Of a stretch of DNA of 59,812 bases, positions 27,888-37,141 are shown in pieces. This DNA is from Clostridia bacterium (lineage in GTDB: Bacteria > Bacillota > Clostridia > Oscillospirales > CAG-272): NCBI GenBank assembly GCA_017547545.1, contig JAFYPJ010000027.1, positions 1-59,812 of the forward strand. The letters run 5' to 3'. The notes below the pieces were generated by a model, which searched no databases, was not told where the DNA came from, and saw only the letters and a program-made list of their open reading frames with translations. A program made the translations under genes and the position numbers. The first letter of the stretch is position 1. Each line of letters starts with the position of its first letter.

Positions 27888-29492
27888 ATGTATTCTGAAT
27901 TTTATAAAGAATCCCTTGAAGCGGTTGCGGCTGCAAGAGCCGAAAATATTGCTATGGAGCCTCAGAGAATGACCGCAGAGCAGAAGGAAACCCTTCTTAA
28001 AACATATCACCCCGACTACCGTGAGGATCAGTTCTCTGAACTCAAGGTTGGTCCCAATAAGGGTGATAAAGTACCCCATGAGCTTTGTGCTATGCTTGAA
28101 GCTCATTCCAGAATTACAGCAGACTGTGTAGACCTTACAAAGCCCGACTACGAAACTGATGTTCTCGTTATCGGTGGCGGCGGTGCAGGTACATCTGCTG
28201 CAATCGAAGCTCACGAGGCGGGCGCTGATGTAATGATTGTTACCAAGCTCCGTATGGGTGATGCTAACACCATGATGGCAGAGGGTGGTATTCAGGCGGC
28301 TGATAAGCCTAACGATTCTCCTGCTATTCACTTTGTAGACGCATTCGGCGGCGGTCACTTTGCTGCAAAGCGTGACCTTTTGGCAAAGCTCGTTTGCGAT
28401 GCTCCCGAAGCTATACAGTGGCTCTCCAACCTCGGTGTTGAATTTGATAAGGAAGCAGACGGTACTATGGTTACAACCCACGGTGGCGGTACTTCCAGAA
28501 AGCGTATGCATGCAGCAAAGGATTACTCCGGCGCTGAAATCATGAGAACTCTCCGTGATGAGGTTCTTAACAGAAATATCCCCGTAGTAGATTTCACCGC
28601 AGCTATTGAGCTTATTCTTGATGATAAGGGTAATGCTGCCGGTGCGGTTCTTATGAATATGGAAACAAAGGAACTCATGGTTGCAAAGGCAAAGACCGTT
28701 GTTATCGCAACAGGTGGTGCAGGCCGTATGCATTACCAGGGATTCCCCACCTCCAATCATTACGGTGCAACTGCCGACGGTCTTGTTTTAGGTTACCGTG
28801 CAGGTGCAAAGCTCCTCTATGCTGAAACCCTTCAGTATCATCCTACCGGTGCTGCTCACCCTGAACAGATCTTTGGTGCACTTGTTACCGAAAAGGTTCG
28901 TTCTCTCGGTGCTAAGCTGGTTAACAGAGACGGTAAGGTGTTCATGCATCCCCTTGAAACCCGTGATGTAACTGCGGCTTCCATTATCCGCGAATGCTCC
29001 GACCGTGAAAACGGTATCGAAACAGGTAACGGTAAGGCAGTATGGCTTGATACTCCCATGATCGAAGCTATCGGCGGTGAGGGAACAATTGAAAAGAGAA
29101 TTCCCGCTATGATGCGTATGTACATGGCTTACGGTATTGATATCCGTAAGGAGCCTATCCTTGTATACCCCACACTCCATTACCAGAATGGTGGTCTTGA
29201 TATCAACGTTAACGGTATGACAACTAACATCGACAACCTCTTTGTTGCAGGTGAAGCTGTTGGTGGTATCCACGGTAAGAACCGTCTTATGGGTAACTCC
29301 CTCCTCGATATCATCGTATTCGGACGTAACGCAGGTATCAACGCTGCTAAGACCGCAAAGGATGTTGAGGTTGGTGCTCTTACTCTCGATCACATTGCTA
29401 AGTTTGAAGCTGAACTTGCAGATGCAGGTGTTGAAACCGATGCCGTATCTCCCAAGCTCCTTCCTAACTATACAAAACAGAAGAACATCTAA
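27888..29492 (+). CDS. succinate dehydrogenase/fumarate reductase flavoprotein-like subunit (non-covalent FAD type)
   Basis: DVLVIGGGGAGTSAAIEA, LQYHPTG, VTEKVRSLGAKLVN and GLFVAGEAVGGIHGKNRLMGNSL motifs. Asn replaces the FAD-linking His (GDANTMMAEGG versus E. coli FrdA RSHTVAAEGG). Confidence 0.8.
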   Translation: MYSEFYKESLEAVAAARAENIAMEPQRMTAEQKETLLKTYHPDYREDQFSELKVGPNKGDKVPHELCAMLEAHSRITADCVDLTKPDYETDVLVIGGGGAGTSAAIEAHEAGADVMIVTKLRMGDANTMMAEGGIQAADKPNDSPAIHFVDAFGGGHFAAKRDLLAKLVCDAPEAIQWLSNLGVEFDKEADGTMVTTHGGGTSRKRMHAAKDYSGAEIMRTLRDEVLNRNIPVVDFTAAIELILDDKGNAAGAVLMNMETKELMVAKAKTVVIATGGAGRMHYQGFPTSNHYGATADGLVLGYRAGAKLLYAETLQYHPTGAAHPEQIFGALVTEKVRSLGAKLVNRDGKVFMHPLETRDVTAASIIRECSDRENGIETGNGKAVWLDTPMIEAIGGEGTIEKRIPAMMRMYMAYGIDIRKEPILVYPTLHYQNGGLDINVNGMTTNIDNLFVAGEAVGGIHGKNRLMGNSLLDIIVFGRNAGINAAKTAKDVEVGALTLDHIAKFEAELADAGVETDAVSPKLLPNYTKQKNI

Positions 29493-29509
29493 TCGGAGGC
29501 GCACGAAAT

Positions 29510-30766
29510 ATGGAATTATTTGGCGGTGTTATCCCCGTAACAGGTGTATCATTCTTCCTTTTCTGTATATTTGCGGTACTTTTTGCAGGTTACGCCATAG
29601 GAAGAATTACCATCAAGGGCGTTTCCCTTGGTGATGCAGGTGTATTTATTATTGCTTTGCTCTTCGGTGCACTTTTCTGCGCCGAAGGCTCAAGCATCAT
29701 TCCCGAAGAACAGATGGCAAACTGGGGTCATTGGCTGGATTTAACCGAAACTCTCGGTCTTATCCTCTTTGTAACCAGTGTTGGCTTCATTGCAGGCCCC
29801 AAGTTCTTTGCAAATATGAAAAAGAACTTTACAAGCTACGTTCTTTTAGGTTTAATCATTATCATCGCAGGCGGTCTTGCAGCGGTTGGCTGTGTATTGC
29901 TTGGTGATAAGGTGTTCGGTTACGGTGCAGACACCATTAAGGATATTGACGGATTTGTTGCAATGATAGTTGGTCTTCTTTCCGGCTCTCTTACCTCTAC
30001 CCCCGCATTCAGCGCGGCTAAGGCAACGGTTGCTCCCGAATATCAGGGTCTTGTATCCGTTGGCCACGGTATTGCTTATATCTTCGGCGTTATCGGCGTT
30101 GTTCTCTTTGTTCAGCTTGTTCCCAAGCTTGCAAAGGCAAATATGGAAGAAGAAAGAGCAAAGATCGCTATTCCCGCAAAGGAAGATATTAAGGCTAAGG
30201 TTAGCAAGCTTTTCCATATGGACCATATGGGTATCTGCGTATTCTCCCTTGCAGCTATTCTCGGTACCTTCGTAGGTAAGATCAAGATACCCTTGAGCAA
30301 TCAGGGCCTTGAAGGAACCTGCTTCTCCCTTACAACCACAGGCGGCTGCCTCTTGGTTGCTCTTATCATCGGTCATTTCGGCAGAGTTGGTAAGATCAGC
30401 CTTATGCCTGCAGATACAACACTTAAGCTCTTCCGTGAGCTCGGTCTTGTACTCTTCCTTGCAGGTGCAGGTATCCCCGGCGGTCAGGAGTTCGTTGCTA
30501 ACTTTAACGCAATGTACTTTGTATACGGTATTATCATGACCGTTGTTCCTATGATCATAGGCTTCCTCTTTGCAAAGTATGTATTAAAGCTGCCCCTTCT
30601 CAACAACCTCGGTTCTCTTACCGGCGGTATGACATCAACTCCCGCCCTCGGTACCCTTATCGGTACTGCAGGTACAGAGGATGTGGCTGCAGCTTATGCG
30701 GCAACCTATCCTATTGCTCTTATTGCAGTAGTACTTGTTTCTCAGTTTATAATAATCATATTCTAA
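29510..30766 (+). CDS. AAEx (aspartate:alanine exchanger / YidE-YbjL) family transporter; candidate dicarboxylate exporter
   Basis: 418 aa polytopic protein with a duplicated permease region (GRITIKGVSLGDAGVFIIALLFG ... GKISLMPADTTLKLFRELGLVLFLAGAGI). GGAGG RBS. Confidence 0.65.
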   Translation: MELFGGVIPVTGVSFFLFCIFAVLFAGYAIGRITIKGVSLGDAGVFIIALLFGALFCAEGSSIIPEEQMANWGHWLDLTETLGLILFVTSVGFIAGPKFFANMKKNFTSYVLLGLIIIIAGGLAAVGCVLLGDKVFGYGADTIKDIDGFVAMIVGLLSGSLTSTPAFSAAKATVAPEYQGLVSVGHGIAYIFGVIGVVLFVQLVPKLAKANMEEERAKIAIPAKEDIKAKVSKLFHMDHMGICVFSLAAILGTFVGKIKIPLSNQGLEGTCFSLTTTGGCLLVALIIGHFGRVGKISLMPADTTLKLFRELGLVLFLAGAGIPGGQEFVANFNAMYFVYGIIMTVVPMIIGFLFAKYVLKLPLLNNLGSLTGGMTSTPALGTLIGTAGTEDVAAAYAATYPIALIAVVLVSQFIIIIF

Positions 30767-30782
30767 AAACAATAAAAAATTT

Positions 30783-30815
30783 GTCAGGCATCTTTCATGG
30801 GTGCCTGACTGTTTT
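30783..30815 (+). terminator. terminator hairpin closing the 12-gene operon
   Basis: GTCAGGCA...TGCCTGAC stem followed by TGTTTT. Confidence 0.6.
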
Positions 30816-31000
30816 AATATACAGTGGGTCGATTCTTTTCATGCAGTATGTTTATACTAAAATGTGTGGTTTGCATAGATTCAATGTCCGATATATTTTG
30901 AAATATGGTAATATATAAAGAAAAATAGTATAAAATAATGAAAATTAGCACTCTGCCTTTGTAATTAACAAATAATTCACAATAAAAATTGGTAAAACTA

Positions 31001-31029
31001 TTGACATATTCCTAGTATAGTGGTAAATT
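31001..31029 (+). promoter_or_regulatory. hrcA operon promoter (TTGACA-17-TGgTAAATT)
   Basis: Perfect -35 at 31001-31006 and an extended -10 at 31021-31029, immediately upstream of CIRCE. Confidence 0.55.
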
Positions 31030-31041
31030 ATAAACATAGAT

Positions 31042-31068
31042 TTAGCACTTGAATTCAATGAGTGCTAA
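31042..31068 (+). promoter_or_regulatory. CIRCE operator (HrcA binding site)
   Basis: TTAGCACTT-GAATTCAAT-GAGTGCTAA, one mismatch to TTAGCACTC-N9-GAGTGCTAA. It lies 19 nt upstream of hrcA. Confidence 0.92.
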
Positions 31069-31086
31069 AAACGGAGGTGAAAAGAT

Positions 31087-32166
31087 ATGGGAATAGAGTT
31101 TTCGGATCTCAGTGACAGAAAAAAGATGATCTTAAAAGCAATAATTGATGCCCATATACGCGGGGGTGAGCCTGTTGGCTCAAAATATCTTACACAGAAT
31201 CTGCCTATAAGTATTTCTTCCGCCACCATTCGTAATGAAATGTCTGAGCTTGAGGAATTAGGCTTACTTGAACAGCCCCATACCTCAGCAGGCAGAGTGC
31301 CAAGCGAATACGGCTACCGTTTCTATGTTAACTCACTTATGAAAAGCTATGAGATGACAATGAACGAGCTTCAGGAACTGAACCGTCTTACAAAGAGTAA
31401 AGTGGAAAGGCTGGATGAGATTCTTGAGGGTGCGGCACAGGTAATGGGTAACCTTACAAATTATACTGCACTTGCTTTTCGGGGGAGGAACAGAGCAACT
31501 GTTATAACCCAGTTTAAAACCATGCGTATGGGAATGGGAAAATTCCTTTTGGTTATGATGACAAGTGAGGAAAGCGTACAAACCAAGGTTATCAATCATA
31601 GCTTTGAATTGAGTGATGAAACTCTTGAAAGGCTTGAAGCGGTATTAAACAGATACCTTTGTAATGTTAATCTTGAAAGCGTTACACTCTCTGAAATTTC
31701 CGAAATGGAAAGGGTAGTTGGCTATGATGCTGCGCCCCTTATAAGTCCGATTGTTAAGGGTGTATATGATGTGCTTAATCAAGGCGGATCGGATGAACTG
31801 AAATTTGCAGGGGTTGACCGTTTACTCCAATATCCTGAATTTTCGGATGTAGGTAAATTCAGGCAGCTGCTTGGAGCAATGGAAAAGAAAGACGATATAT
31901 TGGATATCGTTTCTCATTCAAAAAAAGATGAGATAAATGTATATATCGGTTCCGAAAATTCGGTGGATGTTATGAATAATTCTACTTTGATTTTCAGAAC
32001 CATAACACAAAACGATAAGGTTGTAGGTGCTATAGGCGTTATAGGTCCCTGCCGTATGGACTACTCAAAGGTTATAGCCACTATAGATTATCTTTCCCGA
32101 AATATCCAGCAAATGATGGATTCGGATAAACTGCTTCCCGGAAGCGAAAGTGAGGAAAATAAATGA
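31087..32166 (+). CDS. hrcA: heat-inducible transcription repressor HrcA
   Basis: LSDRKKMILKAIIDAHIRGGEPVGSKYL N-terminus. First gene of the canonical hrcA-grpE-dnaK-dnaJ order. Confidence 0.93.
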   Translation: MGIEFSDLSDRKKMILKAIIDAHIRGGEPVGSKYLTQNLPISISSATIRNEMSELEELGLLEQPHTSAGRVPSEYGYRFYVNSLMKSYEMTMNELQELNRLTKSKVERLDEILEGAAQVMGNLTNYTALAFRGRNRATVITQFKTMRMGMGKFLLVMMTSEESVQTKVINHSFELSDETLERLEAVLNRYLCNVNLESVTLSEISEMERVVGYDAAPLISPIVKGVYDVLNQGGSDELKFAGVDRLLQYPEFSDVGKFRQLLGAMEKKDDILDIVSHSKKDEINVYIGSENSVDVMNNSTLIFRTITQNDKVVGAIGVIGPCRMDYSKVIATIDYLSRNIQQMMDSDKLLPGSESEENK

Positions 32167-32732
32167 CAGAAGAGATAAAAGAAGAATTGAAGGAAGAAGT
32201 TCAGGAGTCTCCTGAAGTTACTTCCGAAGAAGTTTCGGAAGAAAAACCCAAAAAAGCAAAGAAAAAAGCAGATAAAAAGGAAGAAGCTTATAAAAAGGAA
32301 ATTGAAGCCTTAAAGGCGGAAATTGCCGATCAAAATGATAAATATCTTCGTGTAGTGGCAGAATATGATAATTTCCGCCGCCGTGCACAGAAGGAAAGAG
32401 AAAGCGCATACACCGATGCTTATGTTGATGCAATCAAGGAGATTCTTCCGGTTATCGACAATCTTGAAAGAGCAACCGCATTCAGCGATAATGACAAGGT
32501 TTCAGAAGGTGTTGCCCTTACCTTAAACCAGTTCAAGGCAACTCTTGAAAAAATGGGTGTATCGGAAATTGAAGCGGAAAAAGGTACAAAATTTGATCCC
32601 AATTTTCACAATGCGATGATGCATGTTGACGATGAATCCCTTGGAGAAAATGAGATATCCTCGGTTCTTCAGAAGGGCTATATAAAGGGTGAAAAGGTTA
32701 TCCGTTACTCAATGGTAATCGTTGCAAACTGA
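32163..32732 (+). CDS. grpE: nucleotide exchange factor GrpE
   Basis: ATGA overlap with hrcA. Acidic/Lys-rich N-terminus, then YLRVVAEYDNFRRRAQKE and a FDPNFHNAMMHV-type C-terminus. Confidence 0.93.
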   Translation: MTEEIKEELKEEVQESPEVTSEEVSEEKPKKAKKKADKKEEAYKKEIEALKAEIADQNDKYLRVVAEYDNFRRRAQKERESAYTDAYVDAIKEILPVIDNLERATAFSDNDKVSEGVALTLNQFKATLEKMGVSEIEAEKGTKFDPNFHNAMMHVDDESLGENEISSVLQKGYIKGEKVIRYSMVIVAN

Positions 32733-32819
32733 TTATCAGAAAGTTTAAAACAGAAAAAACAACACAAATGTGTTTATATAAAAATCAAAAGAACTTTACC
32801 TATTTAGGAGGAAAATAAA

Positions 32820-34661
32820 ATGGCAAAGATTATTGGTATCGACTTAGGTACAACAAACTCATGTGTAGCAGTATACGAAGGTGGCGAGCCTATCGTCATC
32901 CCCAATCCCGAAGGTGCAAGAACAACACCTTCCGTAGTAGCATTTTCAAAAGACGGTGAAAGAATGGTAGGTCAGGTTGCAAAGCGCCAGGCCATCACAA
33001 ATCCCGATAAAACAATAATGAGTATCAAGCGTGAAATGGGTACAAATTATAAGGTAGCTATAGACGATAAGAACTATACTCCTCAGGAAATTTCCGCAAT
33101 GATACTCCAGAAGCTTAAGGCTGATGCAGAGGCATATCTCGGTTCAACAGTTTCACAGGCAGTTATCACCGTACCCGCATACTTCTCTGATGCTCAGCGT
33201 CAGGCAACAAAGGATGCAGGTAAGATAGCAGGTCTTGAGGTTATGAGAATTATCAATGAGCCTACAGCAGCTGCTCTTGCATACGGTATGGATAAGGAAC
33301 AGGATCAGAAGATTCTTATCTTCGACCTTGGCGGCGGTACATTCGATGTATCTCTTCTTGAAATTTCCGACGGTGTATTCGAAGTTCTTGCAACCGCAGG
33401 TAACAACCGTCTCGGCGGTGATGACTTTGATAAGAGAGTTATAGACTGGATCGCAGAAACCTTTGCGAAGGAAAACGGCGGTCTTGACCTGAGAAAAGAC
33501 AAGATGGCTCTCCAGAGACTCAAGGAAGCTGCAGAAAAGGCAAAGATCGAGCTTTCCGGTATGGCATCCTCAAATATCAACCTTCCCTTTATTACAGCGG
33601 ATGCAACAGGTCCCAAGCATTTTGACGCAACTCTTTCCAGAGCAAAGTTTAATGAGATTACAGCAGATCTTGTTGAAGCAACAATGGAACCCACAAGACG
33701 CGTTCTTAAGGATTCCGGTCTTTCGGCATCTCAGGTAGATAAGGTTCTCCTTGTTGGCGGCTCCAGCCGTATTCCCGCAGTTCAGGAAGCTGTTAAGAAT
33801 TTCATTGGCAAGGATCCCTTCAAGGGCATCAATCCCGACGAATGTGTAGCTCTCGGTGCGGCTGTTCAGGCAGGTGTACTCGGCGGTGATGTTAAAGACC
33901 TTCTCCTTCTTGATGTTACACCCCTTTCTCTCGGTATCGAAACACTCGGCGGTGTATTTAACAAGATAATAGAAAGAAATACAACAATTCCTACCAAGAA
34001 GAGCCAGATCTATTCCACAGCAGCAGACGGTCAGACCTCTGTTACCGTACATGTTCTTCAGGGCGAAAGAGAAATGGCAAGCGGTAATACAACTCTCGGT
34101 CAGTTCAATCTTGACGGTATTGCTCCTGCTCCCCGCGGTGTTCCTCAGATCGAAGTAACCTTTGATATTGATGCTAACGGTATCGTTAATGTAACAGCAA
34201 AGGATAAGGGTACAGGTAAGGAACAGCATATCACTATAACTTCTTCCACCAATATGAGCCAGGAAGATATAGACCGTGCTGTTAAGGAAGCAGAGAAGTT
34301 TGCGGAAGAGGATAAGAAGCTCAAGGAAGCTGTTGAAATAAAGAACAAGGCAGAATCCATGATCTTCCAGAGCGAAAAGACTCTTGGCGAAATCGGAGAT
34401 AAGGTTTCCGAAGAAGATAAGGCTCCGGTAAAGGAAGCTCTTGAAAAGCTCAAGGAAACAGTAAAGACAGATAATACAGATGCTATCAAGGCTGATACAG
34501 AAGCACTTGAGCAGGCATTCTACAAGATATCCGAAAAGCTTTACCAGCAGAGCGGTGCGCAGGGTGATCCCTCCGGATTCGCAGGTGCACAGGGTGGCGC
34601 AGATGCAGGTACAGACGGAACATACTACAATGCCGATTACGAAGACAAGACCGGCGAATAA
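32820..34661 (+). CDS. dnaK: molecular chaperone DnaK (Hsp70)
   Basis: [25 protein letters not shown] and [14 protein letters not shown] signatures. 613 aa. Confidence 0.98.
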   Translation: MAKIIGIDLGTTNSCVAVYEGGEPIVIPNPEGARTTPSVVAFSKDGERMVGQVAKRQAITNPDKTIMSIKREMGTNYKVAIDDKNYTPQEISAMILQKLKADAEAYLGSTVSQAVITVPAYFSDAQRQATKDAGKIAGLEVMRIINEPTAAALAYGMDKEQDQKILIFDLGGGTFDVSLLEISDGVFEVLATAGNNRLGGDDFDKRVIDWIAETFAKENGGLDLRKDKMALQRLKEAAEKAKIELSGMASSNINLPFITADATGPKHFDATLSRAKFNEITADLVEATMEPTRRVLKDSGLSASQVDKVLLVGGSSRIPAVQEAVKNFIGKDPFKGINPDECVALGAAVQAGVLGGDVKDLLLLDVTPLSLGIETLGGVFNKIIERNTTIPTKKSQIYSTAADGQTSVTVHVLQGEREMASGNTTLGQFNLDGIAPAPRGVPQIEVTFDIDANGIVNVTAKDKGTGKEQHITITSSTNMSQEDIDRAVKEAEKFAEEDKKLKEAVEIKNKAESMIFQSEKTLGEIGDKVSEEDKAPVKEALEKLKETVKTDNTDAIKADTEALEQAFYKISEKLYQQSGAQGDPSGFAGAQGGADAGTDGTYYNADYEDKTGE

Positions 34662-34683
34662 TAACTAATTTGAGCGTGAAAGG

Positions 34684-34714
34684 AAATGCACACCCTCTTT
34701 GAAGGTGTGCATTT
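34684..34714 (+). promoter_or_regulatory. intercistronic stem-loop between dnaK and dnaJ
   Basis: 11-bp perfect stem AAATGCACACC/GGTGTGCATTT with a 9-nt loop and no strong T run. Possibly a partial terminator or processing site. Confidence 0.5.
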
Positions 34715-34730
34715 ACACGGTTTTATAAAG

Positions 34731-35861
34731 ATGGCAGACAAAAGAGATTACTATGAGGTGTTGGGTATCCAGAAGGGTGCAAATGAGGATGAAATAAAAA
34801 AGGCTTATCGTAAGATGGCAAAAAAATATCATCCCGACCTTCATCCCGGCGATAAAGATGCAGAAGCAAACTTCAAAGAAGTAAATGAAGCATATTCGGT
34901 GCTTTCGGATGCGGATAAAAAAGCAAGATACGATCAGTACGGTCACGCAGGAGTTGATCCTTCCATGGGCGGTGACGGTGGATTCGGTGGATTTGGAGGC
35001 TTCGATTTTGGAGGCTTTGGAGGATTTGGCGATATTTTCGGAGATTTCTTCGGGGGAAGTTCCGGCCGTACAAGAAACGGACCGATGCGCGGTCAGGATA
35101 TTACCGTTGAGGTAACGGTAACCTTTGAAGAATCGGCATTCGGATGTAAAAAAGAAATAAACTACAAAAAGATAGAAAAATGCAGTGACTGTTCAGGTAC
35201 AGGGGCTAAAAAAGGAACACAACCCGAAACCTGCTCAATTTGTCACGGAACAGGTACGGTAAGGGTGTCTCAAAGAACACCGTTAGGTGTTATTCAGTCA
35301 ACCCGTCAGTGTGACAATTGCCGCGGAACAGGTAAAATTATTAAGAATCCTTGTGATAATTGCCGCGGAACAGGTTATGTAAAGGTTGCAAAGAAGCTTG
35401 ATGTAACCATTCCCGCAGGTATTTCGGACGGGCAGAGAATTTCTCTTCGCGGTATGGGTGATGACGGAAGAAACGGCGGTCCTTCGGGAGATCTCCTTAT
35501 TTATGTAACCGTTCTTTCTCACAGCATTTTCCAACGCAGAGGTTATAATATTCTTTGCGATGTACCCATAACCTTTACAGAAGCGGCATTGGGTGCGGAA
35601 ATAACCGTTCCCACACTTGAAGGCGATGCAAAATTTATAATCCCTGAAGGTACACAAACAGGCAGTACATTCAGATTAAAGGGAAAGGGTATTCCCAATC
35701 TGAACAATCCTAAAAATAAGGGTGATCTTGAATTTACCGTAATGCTTGAAGTTCCGAGAAATCTTGATTCAAAGCAGAAGGAGCTGCTTCGTAATTTTGC
35801 CGATGCATGCGGCGAAAAAAATTATCAGAAAAAGAAGAAATTTTTCGATAGAAAAAAATAA
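34731..35861 (+). CDS. dnaJ: molecular chaperone DnaJ
   Basis: Trimmed to [14 protein letters not shown]-domain with HPD (KKYHPDLHP), a G/F region and four CxxCxG zinc-finger repeats. Confidence 0.95.
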   Translation: MADKRDYYEVLGIQKGANEDEIKKAYRKMAKKYHPDLHPGDKDAEANFKEVNEAYSVLSDADKKARYDQYGHAGVDPSMGGDGGFGGFGGFDFGGFGGFGDIFGDFFGGSSGRTRNGPMRGQDITVEVTVTFEESAFGCKKEINYKKIEKCSDCSGTGAKKGTQPETCSICHGTGTVRVSQRTPLGVIQSTRQCDNCRGTGKIIKNPCDNCRGTGYVKVAKKLDVTIPAGISDGQRISLRGMGDDGRNGGPSGDLLIYVTVLSHSIFQRRGYNILCDVPITFTEAALGAEITVPTLEGDAKFIIPEGTQTGSTFRLKGKGIPNLNNPKNKGDLEFTVMLEVPRNLDSKQKELLRNFADACGEKNYQKKKKFFDRKK

Positions 35862-35879
35862 AAGGGCAGGAGACAAAAA

Positions 35880-36809
35880 ATGAACTGGACTCAGTTAAAG
35901 GTTACATGCAAAACCGAGGATCTTAATTCGGTTACGGCAGTTATGAGTATGCTTGATAATCATCTTATGATAGAAGATTACAGTGACATAGAAACAGGTC
36001 TTAATACTATTTATGGTGAGCTTATCGATGAAAGTATACTTAATGCAGATAAAACCCATGCAAAGGTAAGCATGTATATAGATGAAAGAAATAATTATAA
36101 CGATTATCTTCTTTTTATCAAAGAAAGACTTCGCGCACTTGGATTAGAGGACAAAACCACAATAGAGATAATCGGTGTGGACGAAGAGGATTGGGAAAAT
36201 AACTGGAAGCGTTTCTATAAGCCCTTGAAGATAGGCGAGAATCTTATGATAGTTCCCATGTGGGAGGATTATGAGGCAAAGGACGGTGAGGTTATTGTTA
36301 AAATGGATCCCGGTCTTGCCTTTGGCTCCGGAACCCATGAAACAACCAAGCTGTGCGCAACTCTTATTGAAAAATACATGGAACCCGGAATGCATGTTCT
36401 TGATGTTGGAACAGGCAGCGGTATTCTTGCAATATGCGAATCCAAATTGGGAGCAAAGGATATAAATGCTTATGATATAGATCCCATCGCGGTTAGGGTT
36501 GCAAAGGAAAATGCAGAAAAGAACGGTGTTTACAATATAAATTGCGGAGTATCCGATCTTTTGCGGGATGTAGATATGACCGGCGGTGCATATGATTTTG
36601 TAAGTGCCAATATTGTTGCGGATATAATTATCCGTATGACTCCCGAGCTTTCAAGAGTTACCAAAATAGGTTCACTTGTTTGTGTTTCAGGTATAATTGA
36701 AGAATATGCAAGAAATGTAATTGAATGTATGGAGCTTCATAATTTTGGCATAGTGGATATTATGACCGATAAGGATTGGAAGGGTATTTTATTCAAAAGA
36801 TTGGCTTGA
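35880..36809 (+). CDS. prmA: ribosomal protein L11 methyltransferase
   Basis: MDPGLAFGSGTHETTKLC and the SAM motif LDVGTGSGILAI. Canonical position after dnaJ. Confidence 0.9.
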   Translation: MNWTQLKVTCKTEDLNSVTAVMSMLDNHLMIEDYSDIETGLNTIYGELIDESILNADKTHAKVSMYIDERNNYNDYLLFIKERLRALGLEDKTTIEIIGVDEEDWENNWKRFYKPLKIGENLMIVPMWEDYEAKDGEVIVKMDPGLAFGSGTHETTKLCATLIEKYMEPGMHVLDVGTGSGILAICESKLGAKDINAYDIDPIAVRVAKENAEKNGVYNINCGVSDLLRDVDMTGGAYDFVSANIVADIIIRMTPELSRVTKIGSLVCVSGIIEEYARNVIECMELHNFGIVDIMTDKDWKGILFKRLA

Positions 36810-36825
36810 TTATTTGCATATAAAA

Positions 36826-36850
36826 ACAGAGATTTTTTCTCTGTTTTTTC
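36826..36850 (+). terminator. rho-independent terminator
   Basis: ACAGAG-ATTTTTT-CTCTGT followed by TTTTTC. Confidence 0.7.
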
Positions 36851-36933
36851 TTTTTTGGGGATAAAAAATCGGTTTGTGCAATATCTACAATATATATAAA
36901 TTGTTAATATTCTATAAAAAATAGCTTGATTAT

Positions 36934-36962
36934 TTGACAAATTGACGAATTTGTAGTATAAT
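36934..36962 (+). promoter_or_regulatory. consensus sigma-A promoter TTGACA-17-TATAAT
   Basis: Perfect hexamers at 36934-36939 and 36957-36962. This predicts a ~170-nt leader before the ATG at 37142. Confidence 0.6.
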
Positions 36963-37141
36963 TGCATAGGAATCGGGGGCTAAAACTGTGAAAGTTTGCT
37001 ACTTTGCTATATTGATAAAGTTGTTCACTTTATTATAGTTTGTGATATTTCACAAAAAGTGCAAACACCGAAAGCTTTCGACTGTTTTTTTACATATAAT
37101 AATAAATAATAATTTTTAGGATTCGTAAAGGGGATTCATGT

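Noticed and set aside
27837-28760. 307-aa minus-strand ORF. Similar long antisense ORFs occur at 28788-29504, 24714-25397, 6149-6862, 33570-34229 and 48182-48850.
   Set aside because: Each lies entirely antisense to a gene with unmistakable family motifs (frdA-like, flx-like, enoate reductase, dnaK and others). Each has Cys/Ile/Phe-rich, low-information translations, no RBS and no recognisable domain. They are shadow ORFs of coding sequence.
30945-30953. A second TTAGCACTC CIRCE half-site, ~90 nt upstream of the real CIRCE.
   Set aside because: There is no GAGTGCTAA partner 9 nt downstream, and an isolated half-site is unlikely to bind HrcA. I record it only as a possible remnant.
37039-37056. 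TTTGTGA-TATT-TCACAAA read as a Rex or CRP/FNR site.
   Set aside because: The half-sites resemble TTGTGA/TCACAA, but the spacing between them is 4 nt. Rex (TTGTGAA-N4-TTCACAA) implies 6 nt between these hexamers, as does CRP. I keep it only as an unassigned palindrome (see the leader finding).
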